DNA of 64,000 nt from an uncultured Candidatus Saccharibacteria bacterium (GCA_964642155.1 CAZXNT010000002.1:1801-65800), one strand, 5' to 3'. Counted from the first letter of the stretch, positions 48,468 through 58,706 are shown. Notes: generated by a model not told the origin, from the sequence alone. Program-made: numbers and translations.

Positions 48468-51311
48468 ATGACCAAACAAGAAGGACAGCAGCAAATAACG
48501 AGGTTAATTGAGAAATACGAAAAAGCCAGCCAGGCTGGTAAAATAAAAAATTATACAGAAGAAGACACTAAAAAAGATTTTATTCTACCGCTTTTTCATT
48601 TATTGGGTTGGGATGTTCATAATAGAAATGAAGTTACTTCTGAAGAAAATATTTCCGGTAAACGGGTTGATTATGGTTTTTATTTGAATGGTCGGCCGAG
48701 ATTTTATCTTGAGGCGAAAAAATTCTCTGTCGATATAAATAATCCTGATTCCGCCAATCAAGCGGTAAGTTATTCGTGGAATAAGGGTATTACCTGGGCG
48801 GTATTAACTAATTTTGAGGATTTAAAAATTTTTAATGCGGAAAATATTAAAAGTTCTCTTGCGGATAAGCGGTTTAAAACATTCCATTATACCGAATATA
48901 TCGCACGCTTTGACGAGCTTATCTTACTTTCTAAATCCGCTTTCGAAGGGGATTTATTGAATAAAGAGGCCGCGAAATCAGGCAAAATTTTTGAGCGCAT
49001 TCCGGTAAGCGACACACTTTATAAAGATTTGGATGAATGCCGTGATATACTTACAAAATCTTTAATCCAGTGTAATCCGCAACTTAAAAAAGACCCCGAT
49101 CTTTTAGATGAAGGCGTGCAAAAACTTCTTGATAGGTTAATTTTTATGAGGGTTGCGGAAGATAGGGGTGTGGAGCCGAATATTTTAAAAGTCATTGTAC
49201 GGGAGGCAAGCGTAAATCGTAAAGGCCATATGTCGCTTTATCAAGCGATGGCACAAAAATTTCGAGAGCTTGATAATATCTATAATTCAAATTTATTTTC
49301 CAAACATCCATTTGAAGAATGGGATGAATATGGCGGAGCTACAGAAAAAATTATTGAAAAACTTTACGGCAAGAAGGGATATTATGAATATGATTTTAAA
49401 ATAATGCCTGCGGATGTTTTGGGTACGGTATATGAACATTATCTCGCTCATCGGCTTTCAAAATCTAGAAAGGGAATAACAATTGATAAAGATGCCGGCA
49501 AAAGAAAAGAACAGGGAATTTATTATACTCCTTCATTTATAGTTGATTATATTGTTCGCCACGCGCTCCAACCAGTTTTAGATAAATGTAAGACAATTGA
49601 TCAATTATTAAAAATAAAAGTTTTAGATCCTGCTTGTGGCTCAGGGTCATTTCTTATCAAAGCGCTTGATGTATTTACGGAAAAATACAAAGAACTTGGC
49701 TATAAAGGCGATGAAATCACTAAATTTATAATTCTCGCCCAAAATCTTTATGGCGTTGATTTTGACAAAAAAGCCGTTGAGATTGCGCGTCTTAATCTTT
49801 GTATTAATTCTCTTGATCGTAAAACAAAACTGCCATATCTTACGGATCATATCAAATGTGGCAATTCTTTAATTTCAGGAACCGACGAAGAACTTAAAAA
49901 AGCATTTGGAAAAGATTATCGCGATAAAAAGCCGTTTAATTGGCAAGAAGAATTTTCAGATGTTTTCAAACAGGGCGGTTTTGATGTGATTATCGGCAAT
50001 CCGCCATATCTTAAAGAGCTTGATAATAAAGAATTGTTTCAAGAAATTAGGAAAAGTGATTTCGGTAAATATTATCAAGGGAAAATGGATTTTTGGTATT
50101 TTTTTCTACACAGATCAATCGAAATTTTAAAAGACGGCGGAATAATGGCTTTTATTACAAACAGTTATTTTTTGAAAAGCGCCGGCGCGACAAAATTAAT
50201 AGATCGCCTACAAAATGAAATGGTTTTATTAAGAGCCGTTGATTTTCAAGATATTAGTGTTTTTGAAGATGTTAGCGGAAGACATCTGATACATATTTGG
50301 GAAAAAATAAAAGATAAAAATAACACGATTACAACATATATTAAGATAGATAAGAATTCGTTCAATGGGACTATTGATGACACCAAATACATAGAATTGC
50401 CATATTCGGAAGTTATAAAAAATTCGTCAATTAATTTTGAAACAAATATTCAGACAAGCAATGAAAATAGTTTATTATTAGGGAATTTATATGATGTTTC
50501 GCAGGGTGTAGTTGAGGCAACAGATAAAATAAGTAAAAAAATGTCGTTGAACATAAAGGATAAAGAACTAAAATCTGGCGATGGTGTTTTTGTATTATCA
50601 GGGGCAGAATTAAAAGAATTAAATTTAAATGAAAAAGAAAAATCAGTGATCAAAAAATATCTCAATACAAATGATATTAAAAAATATCGTATTAATTTTA
50701 ATAATGAATATCTTATTTATTCTGATAAAGAAACAAAAAGCAAAATTGCTGATGAGGGATACCCACACATTAAATCCCATTTGGATAAAATGGGGCAGTT
50801 TATAACGTCGTCAAATGCGCCATATGGTTTGCATCGTCCACGAGATAATAAATATTTTAAAGAACCAAAACTTATTTGTAAGGGTATGTTTTTATCTCCG
50901 GAATTCTGTTTTGACGATGAAAAATATTATGTTGGGTTTTCATTTTCAGTGATTATTCAAAAAAATAAAGATTATGATTTGAAATATTTATTGGGATTAC
51001 TTAATTCCAGTTTTGGGAGAAATTGGTTTAATATTAATGGCAAAAAAAGAGGTGTTGGTGTAGATATTGGGGTTGCAGTGTTTAGAAATTTTCCGGTGTA
51101 TAAAGCGAACAAAGAGCAACAAAATCAGTTAATTAATTTGGTAAATAATATACTTTCTCTTAATAAAGAAATTCATAAATTAGCTGAAAATTCTAACAAA
51201 TATAATTCTATAAAATCCGAAATAGATAAAACCGACAAAGAAATAGACGAAAAAGTTTATAAATTATACGGTTTGACGGGGGAGGAGATTAAAATTGTTG
51301 AAAGTTTATGA
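48468..51311 (+). CDS. Type IIG-like fused restriction endonuclease/N6-adenine methyltransferase with TRD
   Basis: N-terminal EE.TK..I.P, VDY and EAK nuclease motifs; GIYYTP, DPACGSG and GNPPY MTase motifs; TaqI-C-like C-terminus. Confidence 0.88.
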   Translation: MTKQEGQQQITRLIEKYEKASQAGKIKNYTEEDTKKDFILPLFHLLGWDVHNRNEVTSEENISGKRVDYGFYLNGRPRFYLEAKKFSVDINNPDSANQAVSYSWNKGITWAVLTNFEDLKIFNAENIKSSLADKRFKTFHYTEYIARFDELILLSKSAFEGDLLNKEAAKSGKIFERIPVSDTLYKDLDECRDILTKSLIQCNPQLKKDPDLLDEGVQKLLDRLIFMRVAEDRGVEPNILKVIVREASVNRKGHMSLYQAMAQKFRELDNIYNSNLFSKHPFEEWDEYGGATEKIIEKLYGKKGYYEYDFKIMPADVLGTVYEHYLAHRLSKSRKGITIDKDAGKRKEQGIYYTPSFIVDYIVRHALQPVLDKCKTIDQLLKIKVLDPACGSGSFLIKALDVFTEKYKELGYKGDEITKFIILAQNLYGVDFDKKAVEIARLNLCINSLDRKTKLPYLTDHIKCGNSLISGTDEELKKAFGKDYRDKKPFNWQEEFSDVFKQGGFDVIIGNPPYLKELDNKELFQEIRKSDFGKYYQGKMDFWYFFLHRSIEILKDGGIMAFITNSYFLKSAGATKLIDRLQNEMVLLRAVDFQDISVFEDVSGRHLIHIWEKIKDKNNTITTYIKIDKNSFNGTIDDTKYIELPYSEVIKNSSINFETNIQTSNENSLLLGNLYDVSQGVVEATDKISKKMSLNIKDKELKSGDGVFVLSGAELKELNLNEKEKSVIKKYLNTNDIKKYRINFNNEYLIYSDKETKSKIADEGYPHIKSHLDKMGQFITSSNAPYGLHRPRDNKYFKEPKLICKGMFLSPEFCFDDEKYYVGFSFSVIIQKNKDYDLKYLLGLLNSSFGRNWFNINGKKRGVGVDIGVAVFRNFPVYKANKEQQNQLINLVNNILSLNKEIHKLAENSNKYNSIKSEIDKTDKEIDEKVYKLYGLTGEEIKIVESL

Positions 51312-52294
51312 AATTAAATAAAATTATCAATCTCAAAAATTGGCATCAGCGGAATATAGATAATGTTGGTTTTGGTACTCGCGATAAAATTGTTCTCAAA
51401 CAAAGCAAAAAAGGGAGGGTTTATTTTCTTGCCAAGACATATGACAAAGATATCGGAGAGTTGAGGTCAGAAGTTTGTGCGTCAAATATAGGCAGACTTT
51501 TTGGTTTTCCCGTGCAAAAGACATGGCTTTGTAATATTCCACAATACAAATCATTGGAATTTAAACATTCAGTCGGTGTTCTTATCCAATTAGATGTTCG
51601 GAGACAGAGAGAAACACGCCGAGGTCGATTTAGCGAGGACTTATTACACGGCGCAGACATTATATCTATAATTGATAAGAAGTTTGCCAGTTTAAAGAAT
51701 TTAAAAGAAAAGAGAAGAGTATATACTCTTAAAGTAGTTGTAGATAGTATTAGAAATTATGTTAATAATCATCAAAATTCCAATAAATTTTGGGATCAAT
51801 TTTTTGAATTACTGGTTTTCGATGCTTTGATTGGTGGCACTGATAGACATTATTATAATTGGGGCGTGCTTGAAAAAGCAGATACGGGCGAATTTATTCG
51901 TCTTGCGCCGGCATTTGATAACGGAATCAGTTTAATGTGGAAAATGGAAGAATATAGACCGCAGTTTATGAGAGATTTATTCACAAGAGATTTTCCACGA
52001 AAAGCAGAGTCAATGTTTAAAAAAGTCGGTGGAGGTAAATATTCTTTATTTGAGGTATTAAATGAACTATATAAAATTGGTGATTATAAAAAATCAAATA
52101 TAGTTCAAAAAGTTTTAGATCAAATTGGGAAAATAAAAGAATCAAGAATTAGATCGGTTATTTTAAATAATGTGCCAAAAAGAGCTCAGTTTAAAACAAA
52201 AAATGATGAGTTGGATTTAATTTGTGAGTATGTTAAAATAAGATTAAATTTATTAAAGCAAACTTTGAATGAATTAAATAGGGTAAATATATGA
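51308..52294 (+). CDS. HipA-C/CtkA-like Ser/Thr kinase
   Basis: G.RDK, E...S.IG, FDALIG.TDRH..NWG and LAPAFDNG motifs. Confidence 0.85.
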   Translation: MKLNKIINLKNWHQRNIDNVGFGTRDKIVLKQSKKGRVYFLAKTYDKDIGELRSEVCASNIGRLFGFPVQKTWLCNIPQYKSLEFKHSVGVLIQLDVRRQRETRRGRFSEDLLHGADIISIIDKKFASLKNLKEKRRVYTLKVVVDSIRNYVNNHQNSNKFWDQFFELLVFDALIGGTDRHYYNWGVLEKADTGEFIRLAPAFDNGISLMWKMEEYRPQFMRDLFTRDFPRKAESMFKKVGGGKYSLFEVLNELYKIGDYKKSNIVQKVLDQIGKIKESRIRSVILNNVPKRAQFKTKNDELDLICEYVKIRLNLLKQTLNELNRVNI

Positions 52295-52602
52295 ACATAC
52301 TACATTACAAGGTTATTTATAGGAACGGAAATAAAATCCCCGTGGAAATTGCAGACTTCTATCGTAAAAACGATGGTAATTTTTTGTTTCAATATAAAGA
52401 TCAACCAGATTATGAATTCCCAGGATTTGATAAATTAGAAAAAAAGTATGAAAGTGATCATTTATGGGAACAGATTTCTTTTCGAGTATCAAATAATATA
52501 CGGAATCAGTTTCCAAATATTCCGCCGGAAGAGTTATTAAAAGAAACGGGGGGGAAATTAGTAACTGATCATTTTGAATTTCAGTTTATAGAGAACATTT
52601 AG
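52291..52602 (+). CDS. HipA-N-terminal-like partner protein
   Basis: F.FQY, FPGF....K.YES..LW...S.RV and LL..TGG...TD.FEF patterns; ATGA-coupled to the kinase. Confidence 0.55.
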   Translation: MNILHYKVIYRNGNKIPVEIADFYRKNDGNFLFQYKDQPDYEFPGFDKLEKKYESDHLWEQISFRVSNNIRNQFPNIPPEELLKETGGKLVTDHFEFQFIENI

Positions 52603-52898
52603 AGCGTTTTAAGAATTTTTATAAAATAAAAATAATTAAACTATTGATTTTTACATTTTTATTTGTTATAATTATTAAAAATAAAATAGGTTTATTATCG
52701 GGGATTACATCAAACGTAATTTTTTACACGATTTAATCTCATTATCTCCGATTACATTATTGATAAAATTCAATAGATAGAATCAATAAAAAAGGTCGGA
52801 AGAGGCCTTTTTTATTTTTTTTATAGTCGCGTATCGCGCCAACGGCAATTCGAAAATATTAATAAAACGGTTGGTAAATATAATAAAAAATTATTAAT

Positions 52899-53249
52899 AT
52901 GAACTTAAATTGGATAAAATGTGAAAATGATCAATGGTGTAATTTTCTTTTCCTTGATTTAGACCATTTTCATTTTGATGATTTGGAGGGTGTATATATG
53001 ATTTGGCATGCCGGAGTTAATCCATGGGTTGTACGAGTTGGACAAGGGAACATCCGTGATCGTTTAAAAGCTCACAGGCAAGATGCAAAAATTCTTAAAT
53101 ACAAAGATTTAGAATTATATGCAATTTGGGCAGAAGTCAATAATATATATCGAGATGGGGTTGAAGTATATCTTGGAGAAAAATGGACACCAAAAGTTGG
53201 TGAAAAATTTCCAGATACTACTCCAATTATGGTAAATTCACCATGGTAA
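52899..53249 (+). CDS. Hypothetical protein, divergent GIY-YIG-like
   Basis: GVYMIW, VRVGQG.IRDRL..H and conserved-looking VE.YL. Confidence 0.55.
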   Translation: MNLNWIKCENDQWCNFLFLDLDHFHFDDLEGVYMIWHAGVNPWVVRVGQGNIRDRLKAHRQDAKILKYKDLELYAIWAEVNNIYRDGVEVYLGEKWTPKVGEKFPDTTPIMVNSPW

Positions 53250-53362
53250 TAAGCTTAAAAATCCTAAAAACCACTTGAGCCTTAGTTATTTAGCATATGA
53301 TCGTTATGAATGAAATTTCAGTTTGATAATAACAAAAGAGCGGCGCTAATTTGGGGGCTTAT

Positions 53363-53393
53363 GCAAAAATCCGCTTTTGGCGGATTTTTGTTT
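53363..53393. terminator. Hairpin terminator at the right island edge
   Basis: GCAAAAATCCGC-TTTTG-GCGGATTTTTGT. Confidence 0.7.
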
Positions 53394-53408
53394 GTATATT
53401 TTATCGTG

Positions 53409-53437
53409 TTGACATTTATTTTCCTATTTGCTATCTT
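53409..53437 (+). promoter_or_regulatory. Promoter of the rplC..secY cluster
   Basis: TTGACA-17nt-TATCTT with extended TG. Confidence 0.65.
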
Positions 53438-53479
53438 TATTACAATGTTAAATTTTTATTTAACATAAAATAATACTTA

Positions 53480-53549
53480 CAGATTTAGCCACCTTGCGTT
53501 TATTTCGCGGGGAATTGCGAAAAAGCAGCCGGCTAATCTGGCTGTTTTT
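53480..53549 (+). promoter_or_regulatory. Structured rplC leader with alternative terminator/anti-terminator pairing
   Basis: CAGATTTAGCC/GGCTAATCTG competes with CAGCCGG/CTGGCTG followed by T5. Confidence 0.55.
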
Positions 53550-53555
53550 ATTGTT

Positions 53556-54161
53556 ATGGCATTTATATTGGGTAAAAAATTAAAAATGTCCCAGATTTGG
53601 AAAGATGATAAAATTGTTCCGGTAACGCTTATTCAAGCGGGTCCGATAACGATAACGCAAATAAAGACAAAAGAAAAAGACGGCTATGAAGCGATTCAGG
53701 CCGGATTTGACGCGACAAAGAAAAAAATAAACAAACCGGAAAAGGGCCACTTAAAAGATTTGGGTAATTTTAGGCATCTCAAAGAGTTTAAAGTTTTAGA
53801 ACTGGAAAGCTTAAAAGTTGGAGATGTTTTGACAGTTGAACAATTCAGCGAGGGCGATAAAGTGAAGGTGAGCGGCTTAAACAAGGGCCGCGGATTTCAG
53901 GGAGGGGTAAAGCGGCATGGATTTGCCGGTGGTCCGAAAACTCACGGCCAAAAGAATCGTCATAGGGCTCCGGGTTCAATCGGCGCCACGGCCCCGCAAA
54001 GAGTTGTGCCGGGATTGAGAATGGCCGGCCATATGGGAACCGAAAGAGTGACAGTCAAAAATTTAAAGGTTGTTTTAATTGATAAGGAAAATAATATTTT
54101 AGCGCTAAAAGGCGCGGTCCCGGGAATGAAAGGAATATTGTTGGAAGTTGTAAAGTTATAA
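53556..54161 (+). CDS. rplC: 50S ribosomal protein L3
   Basis: DGYEAIQ, GRGFQG, HR.PGSIG and MAGHMG motifs. Confidence 0.98.
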   Translation: MAFILGKKLKMSQIWKDDKIVPVTLIQAGPITITQIKTKEKDGYEAIQAGFDATKKKINKPEKGHLKDLGNFRHLKEFKVLELESLKVGDVLTVEQFSEGDKVKVSGLNKGRGFQGGVKRHGFAGGPKTHGQKNRHRAPGSIGATAPQRVVPGLRMAGHMGTERVTVKNLKVVLIDKENNILALKGAVPGMKGILLEVVKL

Positions 54162-54173
54162 AGTTTATAAAGT

Positions 54174-54803
54174 ATGAAAGTTGATATTTATAATCAAAAA
54201 AATGAAAAAAGTGGAACGATAGATTTGGCGGAAAGGATTTTTAAGGTTAAATTCAATCCTACTTTGATACATCAGGCGCTTTTGGCGCAGATTGCTAATC
54301 AGCGTTCGCCATTGGCGCACACCAAGGGGAGAGGAGAAGTTTCCGGCGGCGGCAAGAAACCGTGGAAACAAAAAGGAACCGGCCGGGCAAGGCACGGGTC
54401 AAGCCGTTCACCTATCTGGAAAGGCGGCGGCGTTACTTTTGGTCCGTCAAAAGAAAGGGTGTTTGCGAAAAAAATAAACAAGAAAATGAACCGATCGGCC
54501 ATTTTCAGCGTTTTATCAAAGAAAACGGAAGACGGCGATTTGAAAATTTTTGAAAAATTTGAATTTGACGTTAAAAAATCCAAGACAGCCACGATGGCGA
54601 AGTTTTTAAATAATTTGTTCGGCAATAAAAAAAGCGTTCTTTTGGTTTCGTCTTTAAAAAACAATATAAATAAAGCCGTTTCCAATATAAAAAATATTGA
54701 TGCCATTAGCTCGCAATCACTAAATGTTCATGATTTACTTAAATATAAAAATATTATTTTTGAAAAAGAGGCGATAAGTGAAATAGAAAAACACTATAAA
54801 TAA
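54174..54803 (+). CDS. rplD: 50S ribosomal protein L4
   Basis: EVSGGGKKPWKQKGTGRARHGS. Confidence 0.98.
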   Translation: MKVDIYNQKNEKSGTIDLAERIFKVKFNPTLIHQALLAQIANQRSPLAHTKGRGEVSGGGKKPWKQKGTGRARHGSSRSPIWKGGGVTFGPSKERVFAKKINKKMNRSAIFSVLSKKTEDGDLKIFEKFEFDVKKSKTATMAKFLNNLFGNKKSVLLVSSLKNNINKAVSNIKNIDAISSQSLNVHDLLKYKNIIFEKEAISEIEKHYK

Positions 54804-55202
54804 ATGGGTATTTTAAAAAAAACACAATCAAAAAAAGACTTGTCCGTGAATTCGGGAGAAAAAAAATCAGAATCAATAAAAAATCAAATTACGGCGCAAG
54901 TTGAGAAAGTGATTATTAATCCGCAGGAGACGATGAAAATAAAACATCCGTGGATAACCGAAAAAGTCGGCCATTTAATTGATTTAAGAAAATACGCTTT
55001 TTTGGTTGATAAAAAAATCAATAAGCCGCAGGTGGTAAAAGCGATAGAATCAATTTATGGAGTGAAAGTTTTATCGGTGAATATAATTAATAAAAAAGGG
55101 AAAATTAAATCACTGGGGCGCAGTAAAGGGAAAGTTCCGGGACATAAAAAAGCGATAGTGACGTTAAAAGAGGGTCATAAAATTGACGTAATGCCGACAT
55201 AA
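54804..55202 (+). CDS. rplW: 50S ribosomal protein L23 with N-terminal extension
   Basis: P.ITEK, YGVKV..VN and KKAIVTL motifs. Confidence 0.93.
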   Translation: MGILKKTQSKKDLSVNSGEKKSESIKNQITAQVEKVIINPQETMKIKHPWITEKVGHLIDLRKYAFLVDKKINKPQVVKAIESIYGVKVLSVNIINKKGKIKSLGRSKGKVPGHKKAIVTLKEGHKIDVMPT

Positions 55203-55346
55203 TCCCTCACCCTTCAAAGATAATGAAGAGTTTGGGAAATAAAATATTTTTATGTTATATATAAAATAAATTAAAATTTAATCTTCACAAGATTTATCTT
55301 GTAAATTTTTATAAAATTTACAAGCAATCTTTGAAGGGTGAGGGAT
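55202..55346. mobile_element. Stop-to-start inverted-repeat element, copy 2 (rplW/rplB), 145 bp
   Basis: 20-bp TIR at 55202-55221 and 55327-55346. Confidence 0.85.
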
Positions 55347-56169
55347 GAAGAAATATAAACCAACAACTCCATCAAGGCGAAATATGACAGTTCCGACATA
55401 TCGGGGAGTTTTAAGTATGGTTGAACCGTTTAAGGCGCTTGTAAAAAGATTGCCGAATTGTTCCGGCAGAAACAATCAGGGGAGAATTACGGTTCGCCAC
55501 CAGGGTGGAGGCAATAAAAAACTTTACAGAATGATAGATTTCAAGCAAAATAAACTGAACGTTCCGGCCAAAATTGAAACGATAGAATATGACCCGTACA
55601 GGACGGCTTTTATCGCTTTAATTGTTTATCGCGACGGAGAGCGTTCTTATATTTTAGCTAATAAAAATATGAAAGTCGGAGATGAGATTTTAGTTTCGGA
55701 AGCAGCTGAACTTAAAGATGGAAACCGTTTATTATTAAAAAATATTCCGGTCGGATATTCAGTTTATAACATTGAATTGAATAAAGGCGCGGGCGGAGTG
55801 TTGGCAAGGTCAGCCGGATCTTACGCGCAAGTTTTAGCCCAAGAAAACGGTTGGACGAATTTAAAGCTTTCCTCGGGAGAAGTGAGAAAGATAAAATGGG
55901 ATAATTTTGCTTCTCTGGGACAAGTTTCCAATTCTGAATGGAGTTTAACGAATATCGGTAAAGCCGGTCGTTCACGAGGAATGGGCATTAGGCCGACAGT
56001 CAGAGGAACCGCGATGAATCCTTGTGACCATCCTTACGGCGGAGGCGAAGGCAGACAGCCGCGCGGAACAAGAAAACCGAAAACGGCGTGGGGCAAGATC
56101 ACCGGCGGAAGAAAAACAAGAAATAAAAAGAAGTGGAGCAATAAGCATATTATAAAAAGACGAAAATAA
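55345..56169 (+). CDS. rplB: 50S ribosomal protein L2
   Basis: GRNNQGRIT, IEYDP and RPTVRG.AMNP.DHP motifs. Confidence 0.98.
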   Translation: MKKYKPTTPSRRNMTVPTYRGVLSMVEPFKALVKRLPNCSGRNNQGRITVRHQGGGNKKLYRMIDFKQNKLNVPAKIETIEYDPYRTAFIALIVYRDGERSYILANKNMKVGDEILVSEAAELKDGNRLLLKNIPVGYSVYNIELNKGAGGVLARSAGSYAQVLAQENGWTNLKLSSGEVRKIKWDNFASLGQVSNSEWSLTNIGKAGRSRGMGIRPTVRGTAMNPCDHPYGGGEGRQPRGTRKPKTAWGKITGGRKTRNKKKWSNKHIIKRRK

Positions 56170-56337
56170 TCCCTCACCCTTCAAAGATATTTTAAAAAAA
56201 TAACCCCTCACCCTTTAAAATTAAAGGGTGAGGGGTTGAAGAGTAAGTGGATAAAAATTCAAATAAAAATAAAAATTCAAAGAATCAATATTTTTCATTT
56301 TTTAAATGAAAATTAAAATCTTTGAAGGGTGAGGGAT
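56169..56337. mobile_element. Stop-to-start inverted-repeat element, copy 3 (rplB/rpsS), 169 bp, with a nested mini-hairpin
   Basis: 20-bp TIR at 56169-56188 and 56318-56337; nested 17-bp palindrome 56202-56237. Confidence 0.85.
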
Positions 56338-56635
56338 GAGTAGAAGTTCAAAAAAAGGTCCTTATGTTGACCAAAAATTATTAAAAAAGATGTCAAAATT
56401 GAAATCGGGCGACCCGACGATTATTAAGACTTGGTCGCGCGATTCGGAAATTTCTCCGGAAATGGTTGGTTTTACGTTTGGCGTCCATAACGGCAAGAAT
56501 TTTATCAGCGTAAGGGTGACCGAAGAAATGATTGGCCACCGGTTGGGAGAATTTTCTTTAACGAGAAAATTCATCAGGCATGGAGGAAAAATGCAAAAGG
56601 AATTGGAAAAGAAGACGGAGGAAAAGAAAGTTTAA
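56336..56635 (+). CDS. rpsS: 30S ribosomal protein S19
   Basis: MSRS.KKGP, TWSR, VHNG and GH.LGEFS motifs. Confidence 0.97.
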   Translation: MSRSSKKGPYVDQKLLKKMSKLKSGDPTIIKTWSRDSEISPEMVGFTFGVHNGKNFISVRVTEEMIGHRLGEFSLTRKFIRHGGKMQKELEKKTEEKKV

Positions 56636-56657
56636 AAGTTTTAAAGTTAAAAAATAT

Positions 56658-57176
56658 ATGAATACAGCAATAGCAAAACTTAATTATTTGAGAATGGCGC
56701 CGCGTAAAACGCGATTGGTTGCCAATATGATTAAGGGATTGTCGGCGAATGAAGCCGAAGCCCAGCTTTTGCTGAATTCCAAAAAAGCGGGCGAACCGAT
56801 TTTGAAACTTTTGCGTTCGGCAATCGCCAATGCCAAGCAAAAAAATATTCAATTGGAAAATTTATTTGTTAAAGAAATAAGAGTTGACCAGGGGCCAATG
56901 CTGAAAAGATTTATGCCCAGAGCGCAGGGAAGAGCCACGCCGATTCAAAAAAAAACAAGCCACATTACTTTAATTTTGGGCGAATCAGAAAAAGCGAAAA
57001 AGCCGAGATTTAAAATAGTTAAACAGGAAAGAATTAAAAAAAGCGTAGCGGAAAAAATCAAAAAAGAAAAATTTGAAGCAAAAGAAAAATCAAAAGAAGA
57101 AGAAATAATAAAGGAAGTGAAACCGGTTGAAAAATTAGGTTTTACAAAAAGGATGTTTAGAAGGAAATCAATATAA
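56658..57176 (+). CDS. rplV: 50S ribosomal protein L22 with Lys/Glu-rich C-terminal extension
   Basis: APRKTRLV, SAIANA and PRAQGRA motifs; ATG 56658 preferred. Confidence 0.95.
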   Translation: MNTAIAKLNYLRMAPRKTRLVANMIKGLSANEAEAQLLLNSKKAGEPILKLLRSAIANAKQKNIQLENLFVKEIRVDQGPMLKRFMPRAQGRATPIQKKTSHITLILGESEKAKKPRFKIVKQERIKKSVAEKIKKEKFEAKEKSKEEEIIKEVKPVEKLGFTKRMFRRKSI

Positions 57177-57178
57177 AT

Positions 57179-57853
57179 ATGGCTCAAAAAATTAACCCAA
57201 TATCATTTAGAATAGGGATAACAAAGGATTGGAAATCTCGATGGTTTCCGAAGAAATTTGATTTCGCAAAATTATTAGAAGAAGACGTTTTAATCAGAAA
57301 AATTATTGATAAAAGAATTAAGAATGCCGGCATTGACAGCGTTGAGATAGAAAGAATGGGGGATAAATGTAAAATTGTGGTTAAAGCGGCAAGACCCGGT
57401 TTAATTATTGGCAGAGGAGGGAAAGGGGTAGAAGAATTGACAAAGGCTCTGGAAGCGTCTTTGAAAAAAATGAGAGAAATAAAAGACGCCAAGAATAAAA
57501 TTTTTTTAAGTTTAAATATTGAAGAATTGAAGAGATCAGATATTTCGGCCAATATTGTCGCTCAAAATATCGCTTGGGATATGGAGAAAAGAATGCCTTT
57601 TAGAAGAACAATCAAAAAATATCTTGAACAGGTAATACAAAACAGGGAAGTTAAGGGAGCGAAAATTAAAGTTTCCGGAAGATTGGACGGAGCGGAAATC
57701 GCCAGAACGGAACAATTGGCAAAAGGCAGATTGCCGCTTCAAACATTGAGAGCTGATATTAATTACGGCGAAGCCACGGCTTTTACCACTTTTGGCACAG
57801 TGGGAGTAAAAGTATGGATTTATAAAGGAGAGATATTTAATAAGAAAGTTTAA
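57179..57853 (+). CDS. rpsC: 30S ribosomal protein S3
   Basis: QKINP..FRIG, SGRL.GAEIAR and PLQTLRADI motifs. Confidence 0.98.
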   Translation: MAQKINPISFRIGITKDWKSRWFPKKFDFAKLLEEDVLIRKIIDKRIKNAGIDSVEIERMGDKCKIVVKAARPGLIIGRGGKGVEELTKALEASLKKMREIKDAKNKIFLSLNIEELKRSDISANIVAQNIAWDMEKRMPFRRTIKKYLEQVIQNREVKGAKIKVSGRLDGAEIARTEQLAKGRLPLQTLRADINYGEATAFTTFGTVGVKVWIYKGEIFNKKV

Positions 57854-57873
57854 AAGTTTCAAAGTATAAAAGT

Positions 57874-58284
57874 ATGTTAATACCGAAAAAAGTAAAACAT
57901 AGAAAATGGCATAAGGGCAGATCGCGAAAGCGCCAAACGGAAACAAGAGGAACACATTTAAGTTTTGGCAGTTTTGGCATTCAATCCTTGGAAAGCGCAT
58001 GGGTTAATTCAAGGCAGATAGAAGCCGCGAGAAAGGCGATTACTCATTTTACAAAAAGAGGGGGGAATATTTGGATAAGAATTTTTCCCGACAAGCCGGT
58101 TACAAAAAGGCCTCCGGAAGTGACAATGGGAGGCGGCAAAGGGGCGGTTGACCATTATGTTTTTCCGGTAAGGCCCGGCAGGATTTTATTTGAAATGGAC
58201 GGAGTGTCTAGGGAAGTAGCGAGGGAAGCTTTCAGAAGAGCCGGCCATAAATTGCCGGTTAAAACAAAAATAGTGGAAAAATAA
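57874..58284 (+). CDS. rplP: 50S ribosomal protein L16
   Basis: [15 protein letters not shown] and MG.GKG motifs. Confidence 0.98.
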   Translation: MLIPKKVKHRKWHKGRSRKRQTETRGTHLSFGSFGIQSLESAWVNSRQIEAARKAITHFTKRGGNIWIRIFPDKPVTKRPPEVTMGGGKGAVDHYVFPVRPGRILFEMDGVSREVAREAFRRAGHKLPVKTKIVEK

Positions 58285-58290
58285 TTTTTT

Positions 58291-58479
58291 ATGAAAAAAC
58301 AAGAAATTAAACAAATAAAAAATTGGTCGTTGCCGGAACTTAAGAAAAATTTGTCTGAATATCAAGAAAAGCTGAGAAAATTGAAGGTTGATTTATTTTA
58401 TGGGAAAGTCAAGAATATTAAAGAAATTAAAAACGTTAAAAAATTAATTGCGAGAATACTAACGATAATAAACAAATGA
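58291..58479 (+). CDS. rpmC: 50S ribosomal protein L29
   Basis: Position and IARILT motif. Confidence 0.9.
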   Translation: MKKQEIKQIKNWSLPELKKNLSEYQEKLRKLKVDLFYGKVKNIKEIKNVKKLIARILTIINK

Positions 58480-58706
58480 GAAAATTACAAGGTATAATTG
58501 TATCGGATAAAATGGATAAAACGTGCGTTGTTGCAATCACGCGTCTTAAACAACATCCGCGTTACAAAAAATATTATAAAGTTACAGAAAGATTCAAAGC
58601 ACATGACGAGAAAAATGAATATAAGAACGGAGATAAAGTGGTGATAGAAGAAACAAGGCCGATAAGCAAAGAGAAAAGATGGAAAATAATTGAGAAAATT
58701 ATATGA
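58476..58706 (+). CDS. rpsQ: 30S ribosomal protein S17
   Basis: [12 protein letters not shown] and ETRPISK motifs. Confidence 0.96.
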   Translation: MRKLQGIIVSDKMDKTCVVAITRLKQHPRYKKYYKVTERFKAHDEKNEYKNGDKVVIEETRPISKEKRWKIIEKII

